Positions 9,442-19,059 of a stretch of DNA of 64,000 nt are shown here, in pieces. Under the pieces are notes generated by a model. It saw nothing but the letters and a program-made list of their open reading frames with translations, was not told the origin of the DNA and made no database searches. The stretch is from an uncultured Candidatus Actinomarina sp. (GTDB lineage: Bacteria > Actinomycetota > Acidimicrobiia > Actinomarinales > Actinomarinaceae): assembly GCA_902613615.1 (NCBI GenBank), contig CACMHQ010000001.1, positions 204,567 to 268,566 of the forward strand, written 5' to 3'. Both the position numbers and the translations under genes were made by a program. The first letter of the stretch is position 1. Each line of letters starts with the position of its first letter.

Positions 9442-11390
9442 GCCACTCCTGTAGATTCTTCAATATTCTTTATAAGTATATCCTTTGTGATGTTTACTAT
9501 TGAATGAATTAACTCTTCAGGTTCATTTATCTGGGTCTTATTGATATATTCTTTCCAAGTGCCTCTTTCTCCAATACCTATCCCAATTACATCAATCCCA
9601 ACTTTGGAAGCATAATTGATAGAACTTTTTAAATCCTCAAGTGATCCTCTTGTCATACCGTCTGACAGTACTGCTAAAAGTTTTGTTTTAGAACCTTTTT
9701 CTAGAAGTCTTTTTGTAGAAAACATTATATTTCTTTCGTCAACATTGGTTCCTCTTTCAAACATGCTTGCAGGAGGGTGATCCAAATTAGATTCTATTTT
9801 GTCTAATGACTCCCTTAAGTTTCTTGAAAATTCAATTAAACCTATAAACTTTTCATAATTTTCTTTCCATGAATCATCAAACTTTTTAATAAAATAATGA
9901 TTTGTTGTATTGAAGTAATATTCAGCATTCGATCCATAATTTGTATTTAGCATCGAGGAAACAGCCATCTTTCTTTTTAAATATAATTCTTCATTTTCTA
10001 ATTCATCTGCCGCAAAGCTCCTATTAAAAATTGCTACTTCAAAATCAATATCTAATTCATGGCAGATTTGTGCAAGATAACTTGCTCCTATTAATGCCGC
10101 TGAGAGAGACCAGGGATAGAAATCACCTTTATCTCTTTCAAGCATTGATCCACTTCCATCAATTAGTAAAGATACTGCATAAGATTTGTTTGAAAGCCTT
10201 TGTTTTTGTTCAAACATTCTTTCATACCTACCTGATGCAAGCATTAAAGGAACATGTGGTGATAAATCTCCCTGATCATAACCACTGATTCTGAGCCTTT
10301 TTTTGTTATGTATAAAGTAAGGTTTTATTTTGTTTGTAACTTTGAATACGGGGAGATCCCATTCTTCCAAGAGGGAGTTATAAGTATTTAAGCCATTTGT
10401 ATATAAATTTTTAAATGATTTTGGTAAATTAGTACTCAGTAATTTTGATACTTTACCATTTGGAAGATAGACGGTTGAGGATGTTCCAACTTTTGAAACA
10501 TGATCATCCATAAAGTTAAGCTTTTCATCTTCTGAATCTGCACCCTTTTTACCTAAGAATTTTTCTAAGGTATTACCTGAAGTAATGTTTGTACTAGAAG
10601 GAATTAAGACTTTGTTTAAATCGTCAATTACGGAGTCTTCAAAATTTTCTATTGATTCTCTACGTTCTCCCAATGTTTGGTTATCAACATCTGGTAATAG
10701 ATTGTATCTTCTACAAATATCTGTAATTTCTATCGTTATATCAATAGTGTCTTCTATCAAGTTTTTATCATATGAAAAATTATCTAATACTCTTAAAGTC
10801 TCTTTTAAGGGTTCTTTAATATTTTTTGGATACTTTTCTATATCTAATTCAACATATCCTGTGATGTTATGAAAAAGCAATGTTAAAAATTTATTGAAAG
10901 GCTTTAAATTTTTTATGTTGATACTAGATTCTTTATAAATATCCTCGAGGATTGATCTAAGCCCGTTAAAGTTTTTTACAAATTGAAACTCATCATAGGA
11001 ATGTACAAGTATTTCAAAAATGTATTTTCCAAATGGACCCGCGAGAACTTCAAGAACTTCATCAACGTTAGTTAACCCTTCAGTGTCATCTTTATATTTT
11101 GTGAGATCTTCATCAACATTGAAATTATATTCTTCCATAGAATGTATAGCCTCATGAACTACAGTTCCAATTATTAATTCCTTAAATTCAAGTTCTGAAT
11201 CTGAAACTGCATTAACCAAAATAGATGGATTTATGTTTATCTCGTTTTTGTTTTTGCTTTTAGTTTTACCTAGATTAATGACGATATTTGCATTATCAGT
11301 TTCGGATTGTATTAGTCGTGTAATTGCTGGACTAATTTTTTGAAATATTTCAATAATTTGAGTTTCTAAAGTTTTTTTCTTAAATTCCAT
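9438..11390 (-). CDS. CobT-like von Willebrand factor A (VWA) protein with N-terminal HExxH motif
   Basis: MIDAS LLIDGSGSM, LLAVLSDGM and VIGIGIG in the C-terminal third are CobT/NorD-like. VVHEAIHSMEE lies near the N-terminus. Length is 650 aa. Confidence 0.7.
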   Translation of the reverse strand: MEFKKKTLETQIIEIFQKISPAITRLIQSETDNANIVINLGKTKSKNKNEININPSILVNAVSDSELEFKELIIGTVVHEAIHSMEEYNFNVDEDLTKYKDDTEGLTNVDEVLEVLAGPFGKYIFEILVHSYDEFQFVKNFNGLRSILEDIYKESSINIKNLKPFNKFLTLLFHNITGYVELDIEKYPKNIKEPLKETLRVLDNFSYDKNLIEDTIDITIEITDICRRYNLLPDVDNQTLGERRESIENFEDSVIDDLNKVLIPSSTNITSGNTLEKFLGKKGADSEDEKLNFMDDHVSKVGTSSTVYLPNGKVSKLLSTNLPKSFKNLYTNGLNTYNSLLEEWDLPVFKVTNKIKPYFIHNKKRLRISGYDQGDLSPHVPLMLASGRYERMFEQKQRLSNKSYAVSLLIDGSGSMLERDKGDFYPWSLSAALIGASYLAQICHELDIDFEVAIFNRSFAADELENEELYLKRKMAVSSMLNTNYGSNAEYYFNTTNHYFIKKFDDSWKENYEKFIGLIEFSRNLRESLDKIESNLDHPPASMFERGTNVDERNIMFSTKRLLEKGSKTKLLAVLSDGMTRGSLEDLKSSINYASKVGIDVIGIGIGERGTWKEYINKTQINEPEELIHSIVNITKDILIKNIEESTGVA

Positions 11391-11431
11391 TTTTTATCAT
11401 TATCATTAAAGACTGATAATACAAGTATAAG

Positions 11432-12190
11432 GTGAATATTAAGTTGAATGAAATTGCAAACAAGACTGTAATCGTTTCCGGTGGTAAAGGAAGCATGGGA
11501 GTGATGGTCTCAAATTTTATTAATGATCTAGATGATTTTGAAGTAATTGGGATAATTGATCCTGGAGAAAATGACTCAACATTTAAGAACTTTTTGATAT
11601 CAGATGATCTTGTATGTGACTATATTTTTGAATTTGCTCCAGCATCTGTTGTTAATGAAAATATTAAGATTCTTGTAAATAACGATGCCAAATTAATAAT
11701 TGGATCATCAGGTGTGAATGATGAATCAATTAAACTATTAAAAAATTCTGAAAAAGGAGTTGCACTTATTCCTAATTTTTCAGCGGGTGCAGCTTTCCAA
11801 AAAGTTTTTTCTGAGCAGTTATCAAATACATTTAAGAATGTACACATAGTAGAAAAACATCATTCAAATAAGGAAGATGCACCATCTGGAACTTCAAAAG
11901 ATGTTGCTTCAAGTTTAGAAATGATGAACTCAGAAGATATAGAGGGGGACTATTTTGCAAAAACAGAGGAAAATTCAATCAATATTTACTCATTAAGGTC
12001 GGATGATTATCTAGCTGAACAAGAAGTCGTATTTTCTAATACTTTTGAAGAATTTATTCTTGATCATAAAGTTAATGATAGAAAAGCATATTTAACAGGT
12101 ATCGAGATAGTATTACGTGAAATGGAAAATCTGAATTCTTATGTTTATGGACTTGAAACTCTTATGAAAGAAGCAATGGACCGATCATGA
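11432..12190 (+). CDS. dapB: 4-hydroxy-tetrahydrodipicolinate reductase
   Basis: E-HH-K-DAPSGT motif (VEKHHSNKEDAPSGTS). GTG start. Its stop overlaps the dapA start (ATGA). Confidence 0.8.
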   Translation: MNIKLNEIANKTVIVSGGKGSMGVMVSNFINDLDDFEVIGIIDPGENDSTFKNFLISDDLVCDYIFEFAPASVVNENIKILVNNDAKLIIGSSGVNDESIKLLKNSEKGVALIPNFSAGAAFQKVFSEQLSNTFKNVHIVEKHHSNKEDAPSGTSKDVASSLEMMNSEDIEGDYFAKTEENSINIYSLRSDDYLAEQEVVFSNTFEEFILDHKVNDRKAYLTGIEIVLREMENLNSYVYGLETLMKEAMDRS

Positions 12191-13068
12191 CTGAGTTTGG
12201 TAGTTTATTAACAGCTTCAATTACTCCATTTGATTCACGAGGTGTATTAAATACTGAAACTCTTTGGAGACTTTGTAGAAAATTGGTGCATGACAAATCG
12301 GAAGGACTTGTACTTACTGGAACAACAGGAGAATCACCAAACCTTTCAATTAAAGACAGAGAGATTATTTACTCTACTGCTATTGATTCTGTGAGTGATA
12401 AAGCAAAGATTATTGCTGGTACTGGAACATATTCAACTTCTGAATCAATTGAAATTACTAAGATGGCAGATTCTCTTGGAGTAGATGGAATAATGATTGT
12501 TACTCCGTATTATTCAAAACCTTCTCAACATGGAATTTTGCGTCATTTTGAAGAAATATCAAAAATAACAGATCTTCCAATAATGGCCTACAACATTCCA
12601 GGTCGTACAAGTACATTAATTGAACTTGAAACTCTTCAGACACTTGTTGAGGATATCGGCATTCACTCTATTAAAGATGCAGTTGGTGATTTTGAATTTT
12701 CTAAAAAGCAACTTGAATTGTTAAAGGATAAAGTAGATATTTATTCTGGAAACGATAACCAAACATATGATTTTGTAATAAATGGTGGAGTAGGAGTAGT
12801 TTCAGTTGCATCACATGTTGTTGGTGATGAGATTTCTGAAATGATAAGTTTTGCTAAAGATAATGATTTAGAAAAAGCTGAAGAGATCAATATGCAATTA
12901 TCTAATTTATTTGAAGCAATATTTGAAGAGCCAAGTCCAGGACCAATTAAAAAAATCTTATCTGAAAGTTGGGAGGAAGTTGGAGAGCCTTTACTTCCAA
13001 TAACCTCAATAACACCTGAATTAGCCAATAAAATTAGGGGTTTTTACAAAAAAATAAAGGAAAATTAG
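12187..13068 (+). CDS. dapA: 4-hydroxy-tetrahydrodipicolinate synthase
   Basis: GTTGESPNLS, PYYSKPSQ and AYNIPGRT motifs. Confidence 0.9.
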   Translation: MTEFGSLLTASITPFDSRGVLNTETLWRLCRKLVHDKSEGLVLTGTTGESPNLSIKDREIIYSTAIDSVSDKAKIIAGTGTYSTSESIEITKMADSLGVDGIMIVTPYYSKPSQHGILRHFEEISKITDLPIMAYNIPGRTSTLIELETLQTLVEDIGIHSIKDAVGDFEFSKKQLELLKDKVDIYSGNDNQTYDFVINGGVGVVSVASHVVGDEISEMISFAKDNDLEKAEEINMQLSNLFEAIFEEPSPGPIKKILSESWEEVGEPLLPITSITPELANKIRGFYKKIKEN

Positions 13069-13103
13069 GCTTTTTTTACTATTTTTTATGGTATAATTCA
13101 CAT

Positions 13104-15470
13104 GTGGCTGTTAAGACATCCACTCGCAAAAGGGTTGATGGGCGTAAGCGGGTGTCTAAACCGAAAAATTTAATAAAAGTACCTCAAACTTTAAGAGGTA
13201 TTTCAGATACTTCAAAAAATATCACTAGTTCATTTTTTAAGTCTTACCAAGCTGTTGCTGTGTTTATGACAGGTTTAGGCATTCTTGTAGGATTATCTTC
13301 TTTTGGCAAAGCTGGTCCAATAGGAGAGTTTGTAAATAATTTACTTACATGGTCGTTTGGCTATGGTGTATATTTATTTCCTCTACTTTTAATTTATGGT
13401 GCTGCAATTCTTATAAGAGATAAAGACTTTATAAATACCCAAAAAGTATTTATTGGAACGATCTGGGTACAAATATTCACTTCAGCGTTATTTCACTTTT
13501 ACATACACTCTGAACCATTGTCAATAAGTGTTGGGAGTGCTGCTCTACAAAAATCCGGAGGTTTTATTTCTGCATTCATTGTTTACCCATTAAATAATTT
13601 ACTAGCTGCAGAAATGACGCATGTTGTGCTTTTATTCGGTTTGATCATTTCTGTTTTATATATGACGGATATAGAACTAAAAGATCTCATTGGTGGAGTT
13701 CAGGCAATTTTTGTTTACTCATATAGGTTTATTTTTGCATTTTATAAAGCTAGGAGAGAGGCATCCAAAATAAATTTTGATCTTATTAATAGTGAAACTA
13801 TGACTCCATCAGAAGAAGTTGAAACTAATAATGTTGTTACATTGAAAAAGGAAAAAGTCAAAAAATCAGTTAATTCGAAGAAGCCTAAGTCAAAAGAACC
13901 TTCATTGCCTAAATCGAAAAAACCAAATACAAAATCATCCAACTATGTACTTCCACCATTGAAATTATTAAAAATGGGTACTGATGTTTCTACCTCAAAA
14001 AAACTTTTACAACAAACGGCAACAGATTTACAAAATCTCTTAAAAGAACATGGTGTAGAAGCTGAATTAACAAAAATTGTTCCTGGACCAACTGTCACAA
14101 GATATGAGATTGAGTTATCACCTGGTGTTAAAGTATCTAAAGTTACATCGCTTTCACACGATATTGCCTATGCATTAGCTACACCAGATGTAAGACTTTT
14201 AGCCCCTATTCCTGGAAGAAGTGCGATTGGTATTGAGATTCCAAATAGGCAAAGAAGACTTGTTTCATTGGGAGATGTTCTAACCTCTCCAGAGGCAAAA
14301 AAATTAGATCATCCTTTAAATGTAGGACTTGGATTAGATATTTCAGGTCAAGCAAGATTAATTAACTTATCTGAACTACCTCACGTTTTGATAGCAGGTC
14401 AAACTGGTGCAGGTAAATCATCCTGTATTAATTCAATTGTTACATCTCTGTTAATGAGGACTAATCCAGATGAGGTAAAAATGGTAATGGTTGATCCAAA
14501 AAGAGTCGAGTTAGGACAGTACAACAATGTACCTCATTTACTTACAAAAGTAATTACAAACCCAAAGAAAGCTGTTGATGCATTAACTTGGGCTGTTTCT
14601 GAAATGGATAGAAGATATGATTTATTAGCTGATGGGCAAGTACGAGACATTAATGGATATCATGAGAAATTTGATGCCGGACTATTAGATACAGAAAAAT
14701 TTGATAGATTTCCATACATAGTTGTGTGTATTGATGAATTGAATGATTTGATGATGGTTGCTGGTAGGGAAGTAGAATCAGCAATTGTAAGACTTGCTCA
14801 AATGGCTAGAGCAATTGGAATACATTTAGTTGTTGCAACTCAAAGACCTTCAGTAGATGTTATAACTGGTGTAATGAAAGCAAACATTCCTTCAAGACTT
14901 GCATTTTCTGTTGCTTCAACAACAGACTCAAGAGTTATCCTTGATCAGTCTGGTGCTGAAAAATTAATTGGACTTGGAGATATGCTGATTGTTACAGCTT
15001 CGAATCCTAGATTAGAAAGAATCCAAGGTGCTTGGGTTACTGAGGAAGAAATAAAAGATGTAGTCTCATGGGTTAAGTCACAAAAAGAAGCTGAATACAA
15101 TCCTGCTGTTATTGAAGAACAAAAATCTTCAACTGTTCAAAGCGACGATGATTTAGGTGAAGATGAAGAATTAATTAAAACTGCTACAGATCTTGTTGTT
15201 AGATCACAGTTAGGATCTACTTCAATGTTACAAAGAAAACTAAGAGTTGGATTTGCTAGAGCAGGTAGATTAATGGATATTCTTGAATCTCAAGGAATTG
15301 TTGGACCATCTGAAGGATCAAAAGCAAGAGAGGTTTTGATTACAGTTGAAGAATATGAAACAAGCAATCTTTCTTCAATTAATGATGATAATGAAATTTC
15401 TGATACAGATCATACATCTGAAGTAATAGATGAAGAAGAGACTACTGACGATAGTTGGTACGAAGAGTAA
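13104..15470 (+). CDS. ftsK: DNA translocase FtsK
   Basis: N-terminal TM helices, a Lys/Pro-rich linker, Walker A GQTGAGKS, DELNDLMM, and a C-terminal gamma winged-helix (LQRKLRVGFARAGRLMD). Confidence 0.92.
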   Translation: MAVKTSTRKRVDGRKRVSKPKNLIKVPQTLRGISDTSKNITSSFFKSYQAVAVFMTGLGILVGLSSFGKAGPIGEFVNNLLTWSFGYGVYLFPLLLIYGAAILIRDKDFINTQKVFIGTIWVQIFTSALFHFYIHSEPLSISVGSAALQKSGGFISAFIVYPLNNLLAAEMTHVVLLFGLIISVLYMTDIELKDLIGGVQAIFVYSYRFIFAFYKARREASKINFDLINSETMTPSEEVETNNVVTLKKEKVKKSVNSKKPKSKEPSLPKSKKPNTKSSNYVLPPLKLLKMGTDVSTSKKLLQQTATDLQNLLKEHGVEAELTKIVPGPTVTRYEIELSPGVKVSKVTSLSHDIAYALATPDVRLLAPIPGRSAIGIEIPNRQRRLVSLGDVLTSPEAKKLDHPLNVGLGLDISGQARLINLSELPHVLIAGQTGAGKSSCINSIVTSLLMRTNPDEVKMVMVDPKRVELGQYNNVPHLLTKVITNPKKAVDALTWAVSEMDRRYDLLADGQVRDINGYHEKFDAGLLDTEKFDRFPYIVVCIDELNDLMMVAGREVESAIVRLAQMARAIGIHLVVATQRPSVDVITGVMKANIPSRLAFSVASTTDSRVILDQSGAEKLIGLGDMLIVTASNPRLERIQGAWVTEEEIKDVVSWVKSQKEAEYNPAVIEEQKSSTVQSDDDLGEDEELIKTATDLVVRSQLGSTSMLQRKLRVGFARAGRLMDILESQGIVGPSEGSKAREVLITVEEYETSNLSSINDDNEISDTDHTSEVIDEEETTDDSWYEE

Positions 15471-16295
15471 TTAGCTCTTTACAGTTTTACCTTTTATAAT
15501 TCTATTTCTAATTGCAGCAGAAATCGTATCTGCAGTTAGTACCAATAAAATAGTACAAATCAGTACTGTACCTGCTCTTGGAAAATCCCTAAATCTAAGT
15601 TGATTAATCAATTCTTGTCCAACACCACCTGCTCCTACAACACCAAGAACTGCTGATGCTCTTAAATTAATTTCAAAACGATATAGCCAATACGATGTAA
15701 TTGTTGGCATAACTTGAGGTATTACTCCAAAAGTAAGTTCATTAATTTTTGATCCTCCTGAAGCTTTTATTGACTCTAGTGGTCCTTCATCGATACCCTC
15801 TATAACTTCCGAAGAAAGCTTTCCTAAAGTTCCTATTGAATGAATTCCTACAGCAAGTGTTCCAGTTAACGGACCAAGTCCGGTTATTGGTAAGAAAACA
15901 AAAGCTAATATCAATTCAGGAAAAGCTCTTATGCCGTTAAGTATTTGCTTAATTACCCTGTTAACAGAACCAATTGTTATATTATTAGCTGCCAAAAAGG
16001 ATATGGGAAAGCTAAATATTGCTCCAATAACTGTTCCCGCCCACGCAATAAATAAAGATTCAAAAACTTTTGGTATTATTCTATCAAATGCTTCTGAGCT
16101 TAAATCTAATGGAAACATAGCACCAACCAAAGTTGCAATTTGTGCTGGAGCATTAAGTATTCTATCTAGAGTTATTTCTAAACCTGATGCAGACCAGATT
16201 GCAGAAACGACAATCAAACTAGTTAATGAATACTTAAATATTCTTTGATTTAATGGCTGCTTTGGAACTTTCACAATATTTTTCTTCTTAACCAA
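15471..16295 (-). CDS. phnE: phosphonate ABC transporter permease
   Basis: PhnE-type permease (ESIKASGGSK.., GVVGAGGVG). Last gene of the phn transporter operon. Confidence 0.8.
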   Translation of the reverse strand: MVKKKNIVKVPKQPLNQRIFKYSLTSLIVVSAIWSASGLEITLDRILNAPAQIATLVGAMFPLDLSSEAFDRIIPKVFESLFIAWAGTVIGAIFSFPISFLAANNITIGSVNRVIKQILNGIRAFPELILAFVFLPITGLGPLTGTLAVGIHSIGTLGKLSSEVIEGIDEGPLESIKASGGSKINELTFGVIPQVMPTITSYWLYRFEINLRASAVLGVVGAGGVGQELINQLRFRDFPRAGTVLICTILLVLTADTISAAIRNRIIKGKTVKS

Positions 16296-17053
16296 ACACT
16301 AAATTGTTCTATCAATATGACAACAACAAGAATAAGAACAATTATCGGTGAGATTCTGTCAAATCTAAGAAAAATTCTTTGTGTTTCAATTATTCTTCCA
16401 ACACCACCAGCACCAACTAATCCTAGAATCACACTTGCTCTAATGCATAATTCAAATATATATAAAAAATAAGCAGTAAAGTTTGGCAGTACTTGTGGCA
16501 AAGCAGACGTAAATACAGATTGATTATGTGATGCACCAGTAGCTTTTGCAGCTTCCATAGGACCGGGATCAATGCTATCTATTGTTTCTGATAATAATTT
16601 ACCCATTATCGCGAGTGAAAACATTAATAATGCAAGAACACCAGCAAATGGTCCAATGCCTACAGCAACAGTAAAAATCATAGCCCAGAATAAATCAGGA
16701 ATTGTTCTCACTAGATTTAAAAATGACTTGTATACGAAATAGGAATATTTATTTAGATTTGTAGCTCTCGATGCATAAAAAGATAATGGCAAAGCAATTG
16801 CACAACCTACAATACTTGCCAATATAGCAATTTGTATAGTCTCTATCAATGCCTCTGATGAATTTTCCCAAGCCCATGCCCATTTAGGATCAAATAAAGG
16901 ATCAGTGACGAGATATCTGTTTGACAAGTTATTTTTAAAGTCTTCAAAATTAAAGCCTATCTGAAGAAATGAAAATATTGAAAAAAGTATTCCAGTCGGT
17001 ATTCCTATTAAAACTAATAATGAAGGATTTGGTTTTTTGGGATAATTAATCAT
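16271..17053 (-). CDS. phnE: phosphonate ABC transporter permease (second copy)
   Basis: Paralogue of the downstream permease (MEAAKATGAS.., GLVGAGGVG). Confidence 0.8.
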   Translation of the reverse strand: MINYPKKPNPSLLVLIGIPTGILFSIFSFLQIGFNFEDFKNNLSNRYLVTDPLFDPKWAWAWENSSEALIETIQIAILASIVGCAIALPLSFYASRATNLNKYSYFVYKSFLNLVRTIPDLFWAMIFTVAVGIGPFAGVLALLMFSLAIMGKLLSETIDSIDPGPMEAAKATGASHNQSVFTSALPQVLPNFTAYFLYIFELCIRASVILGLVGAGGVGRIIETQRIFLRFDRISPIIVLILVVVILIEQFSVWLRRKIL

Positions 17054-17813
17054 TACCTATTAAATCTGATTGTTTGATTGATCTTCCATAAATATTTTCA
17101 AAGTCTTCATCTGAAACGTCGTCAACTTTGCCATCATAAACTAGTTCACCATCACGTAAACCAATAAGTCTGTCTCCAAATTCTTTAGCTAAATCAAGAA
17201 AATGTAAATTTACAATTGTTGTAATTCCAAGCTCTTTATTTATTTTTTTAAGATAACTCATTACAACTCTTGATGTGATTGGATCAAGCGAAGCAACAGG
17301 TTCATCTGCAAGCATTACTTTTGGTTTTTGAGACAAAGCCCTGGCAATACCTACTCTTTGTTGTTGTCCACCGGAGAGATTAGAAGCTCTCACATATGCT
17401 TTTTCAAGAATCTCAACTTGATTTAATGCTTCAAATGCCATTTGTTTTTGATCTTTTGGCCATAATCCAAAAATTGACCTTATAGTGGAGACTTTACTTA
17501 ATCTACCTGTCAGTACATTTTTTAAAACTGTTGACCTATTTACTAGATTAAAAGTTTGAAATATCATACCAATTTCTGATCTAATTTGTTTTAGTTGCTT
17601 TTTATTTGCATTAGTTATATCTTTGTTGTCCAAAAAGACAACACCATTGCTTGGTTTGACTAAATTATTGATTGTTCGAAGTAGAGTTGATTTACCCGCT
17701 CCAGATAAGCCGACAATAATTAAAAAATCGCCTTCATTTATTTCTAGATCAAGATTTTTTAGCGCTTCTACGCCACCTGGATAGGTAACACTTACATTTT
17801 TGAATTTGATCAT
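17046..17813 (-). CDS. phnC: phosphonate ABC transporter ATP-binding protein
   Basis: Walker A GLSGAGKST, signature LSGGQQQR and Walker B MLADEP. The PhnC-type N-terminus is followed by two PhnE genes. Confidence 0.9.
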   Translation of the reverse strand: MIKFKNVSVTYPGGVEALKNLDLEINEGDFLIIVGLSGAGKSTLLRTINNLVKPSNGVVFLDNKDITNANKKQLKQIRSEIGMIFQTFNLVNRSTVLKNVLTGRLSKVSTIRSIFGLWPKDQKQMAFEALNQVEILEKAYVRASNLSGGQQQRVGIARALSQKPKVMLADEPVASLDPITSRVVMSYLKKINKELGITTIVNLHFLDLAKEFGDRLIGLRDGELVYDGKVDDVSDEDFENIYGRSIKQSDLIGND

Positions 17814-17820
17814 ATAAAAA

Positions 17821-17853
17821 TTTTAACCGGGCTGAAGAACAACCCGGTTAAAA
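17821..17853 (-). terminator. intercistronic hairpin plus U-run between phnD and phnC (partial terminator or mRNA stabiliser)
   Basis: 11-bp stem UUUUAACCGGG/CCCGGUUAAAA with an 11-nt loop. On the minus strand it is followed by UUUUUAUAUG, which runs into the phnC start. Confidence 0.5.
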
Positions 17854-17860
17854 CTAAGAT

Positions 17861-18979
17861 TTAATCGTCGTATAGACCGAATTCTTCCGCTGCTTCTCTT
17901 ACAACGTCGAATTCAGAGTTAACTGCTGGCACTAAATCAGTCCAACCATAAATTTCATCCATTATGGCTAAACCTTCATCAGTGGCAATATATGCAGATA
18001 ATATGTCATAAATTTGTTGTTTAATGTCTTCAGGTAGATCTGTTCTAACTGCTATGACATCATTAGGAATTTCTTCTGTAATAGCAAAAGCAATTACCTT
18101 TTCACCAACATCTGCATTTGTTTTTCTTAGAGTTCTTCTTGCATCATCATAAGTGACACCAAATTTTGCATCACCATTATACAATCCAGAAATAACTCCA
18201 TCATGAGAACCAGCAAATCTTTGAACTATATCACTGGTGTAATCGATACCAGCTTTTTTCAATTGTAATGATGGATATAAATATCCAGATGTAGATCCTT
18301 CTTCAACGAAAAGAACTTCTTCACCAATCATTACAGATAAGTCAGCTTCACATGCAAGACCTGGACTAGTTGTAACACCATCTCTTACTTCAGGTATAAG
18401 TCCGTCATCTCCAAAACCCCATCCAACTTGTAATGCTTTAACATCTGGTGGTGTTGTTGCTGAACCTTCAACTAAGGTTGCAACTCCATCGATGTTTTCA
18501 AAAGCACCTATCACTGGTGTTGTTTCACAAATGCTTGCATCTGTTGTCCAGAACGTACCATGGTATGATCCAGAACCGAATCTTACAGATTTGGCAATCG
18601 CCTCAAATCTTGTAGGGAATGCGTTCATAGCTGTAACGTAACCCAATGTGGCAAATGCTCCAACATCTGCTTGACCGGATCCCATTGCAACTAATAATCC
18701 CGAATAGTCACTTGTAACAAAACCTTCAACTTCAATTCCTAATCCCTCTGATAAAACTTTCATCATCGGTTGAATATTGTCTAAAAGTTCTGCTTGCTCT
18801 GCACTTGGCACAAAACCGAAAACTATTTTATCTAGTACTTCAGCTGTAGTAGTAGCTGGTGCATCTAGGCTTTCTGTTTCTTCAACAACTGCAGGTTCTT
18901 CTACTGTTTCCTCTTCTGCAGTACCGCAAGCAGCAAACACAAGAGAGAGACATAATAGAATTAAAATTGTTTTTTTCAC
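17861..18979 (-). CDS. phnD: phosphonate/phosphite ABC transporter substrate-binding lipoprotein
   Basis: Lipobox LVFAACG, an acidic E/T-rich linker, then a PhnD-like body (FGFVPS..). GTG start is preceded by GGAGG. Confidence 0.8.
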   Translation of the reverse strand: MKKTILILLCLSLVFAACGTAEEETVEEPAVVEETESLDAPATTTAEVLDKIVFGFVPSAEQAELLDNIQPMMKVLSEGLGIEVEGFVTSDYSGLLVAMGSGQADVGAFATLGYVTAMNAFPTRFEAIAKSVRFGSGSYHGTFWTTDASICETTPVIGAFENIDGVATLVEGSATTPPDVKALQVGWGFGDDGLIPEVRDGVTTSPGLACEADLSVMIGEEVLFVEEGSTSGYLYPSLQLKKAGIDYTSDIVQRFAGSHDGVISGLYNGDAKFGVTYDDARRTLRKTNADVGEKVIAFAITEEIPNDVIAVRTDLPEDIKQQIYDILSAYIATDEGLAIMDEIYGWTDLVPAVNSEFDVVREAAEEFGLYDD

Positions 18980-19059
18980 AATTTCCTCCGCTTGATTACA
19001 CTCTCATCATACAATTTATGACAGAAACTGCTCGGGTATTAAGTTAAATTTTTGTAAAT

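Noticed and set aside
8452-11390. Reading the CobS/CobT-like pair as evidence for cobalamin biosynthesis
   Set aside because: No cobN or other cob/cbi genes are in the window, and the VWA protein has an atypical N-terminus. The functional label is kept at family level only.
18980-19059. Pho-box-like direct repeats (TTACA / ATACA / TGACA) upstream of phnD
   Set aside because: The spacings are 13 and 10 bp rather than a regular 11-bp phasing. The hexamers are degenerate and expected by chance in AT-rich DNA.
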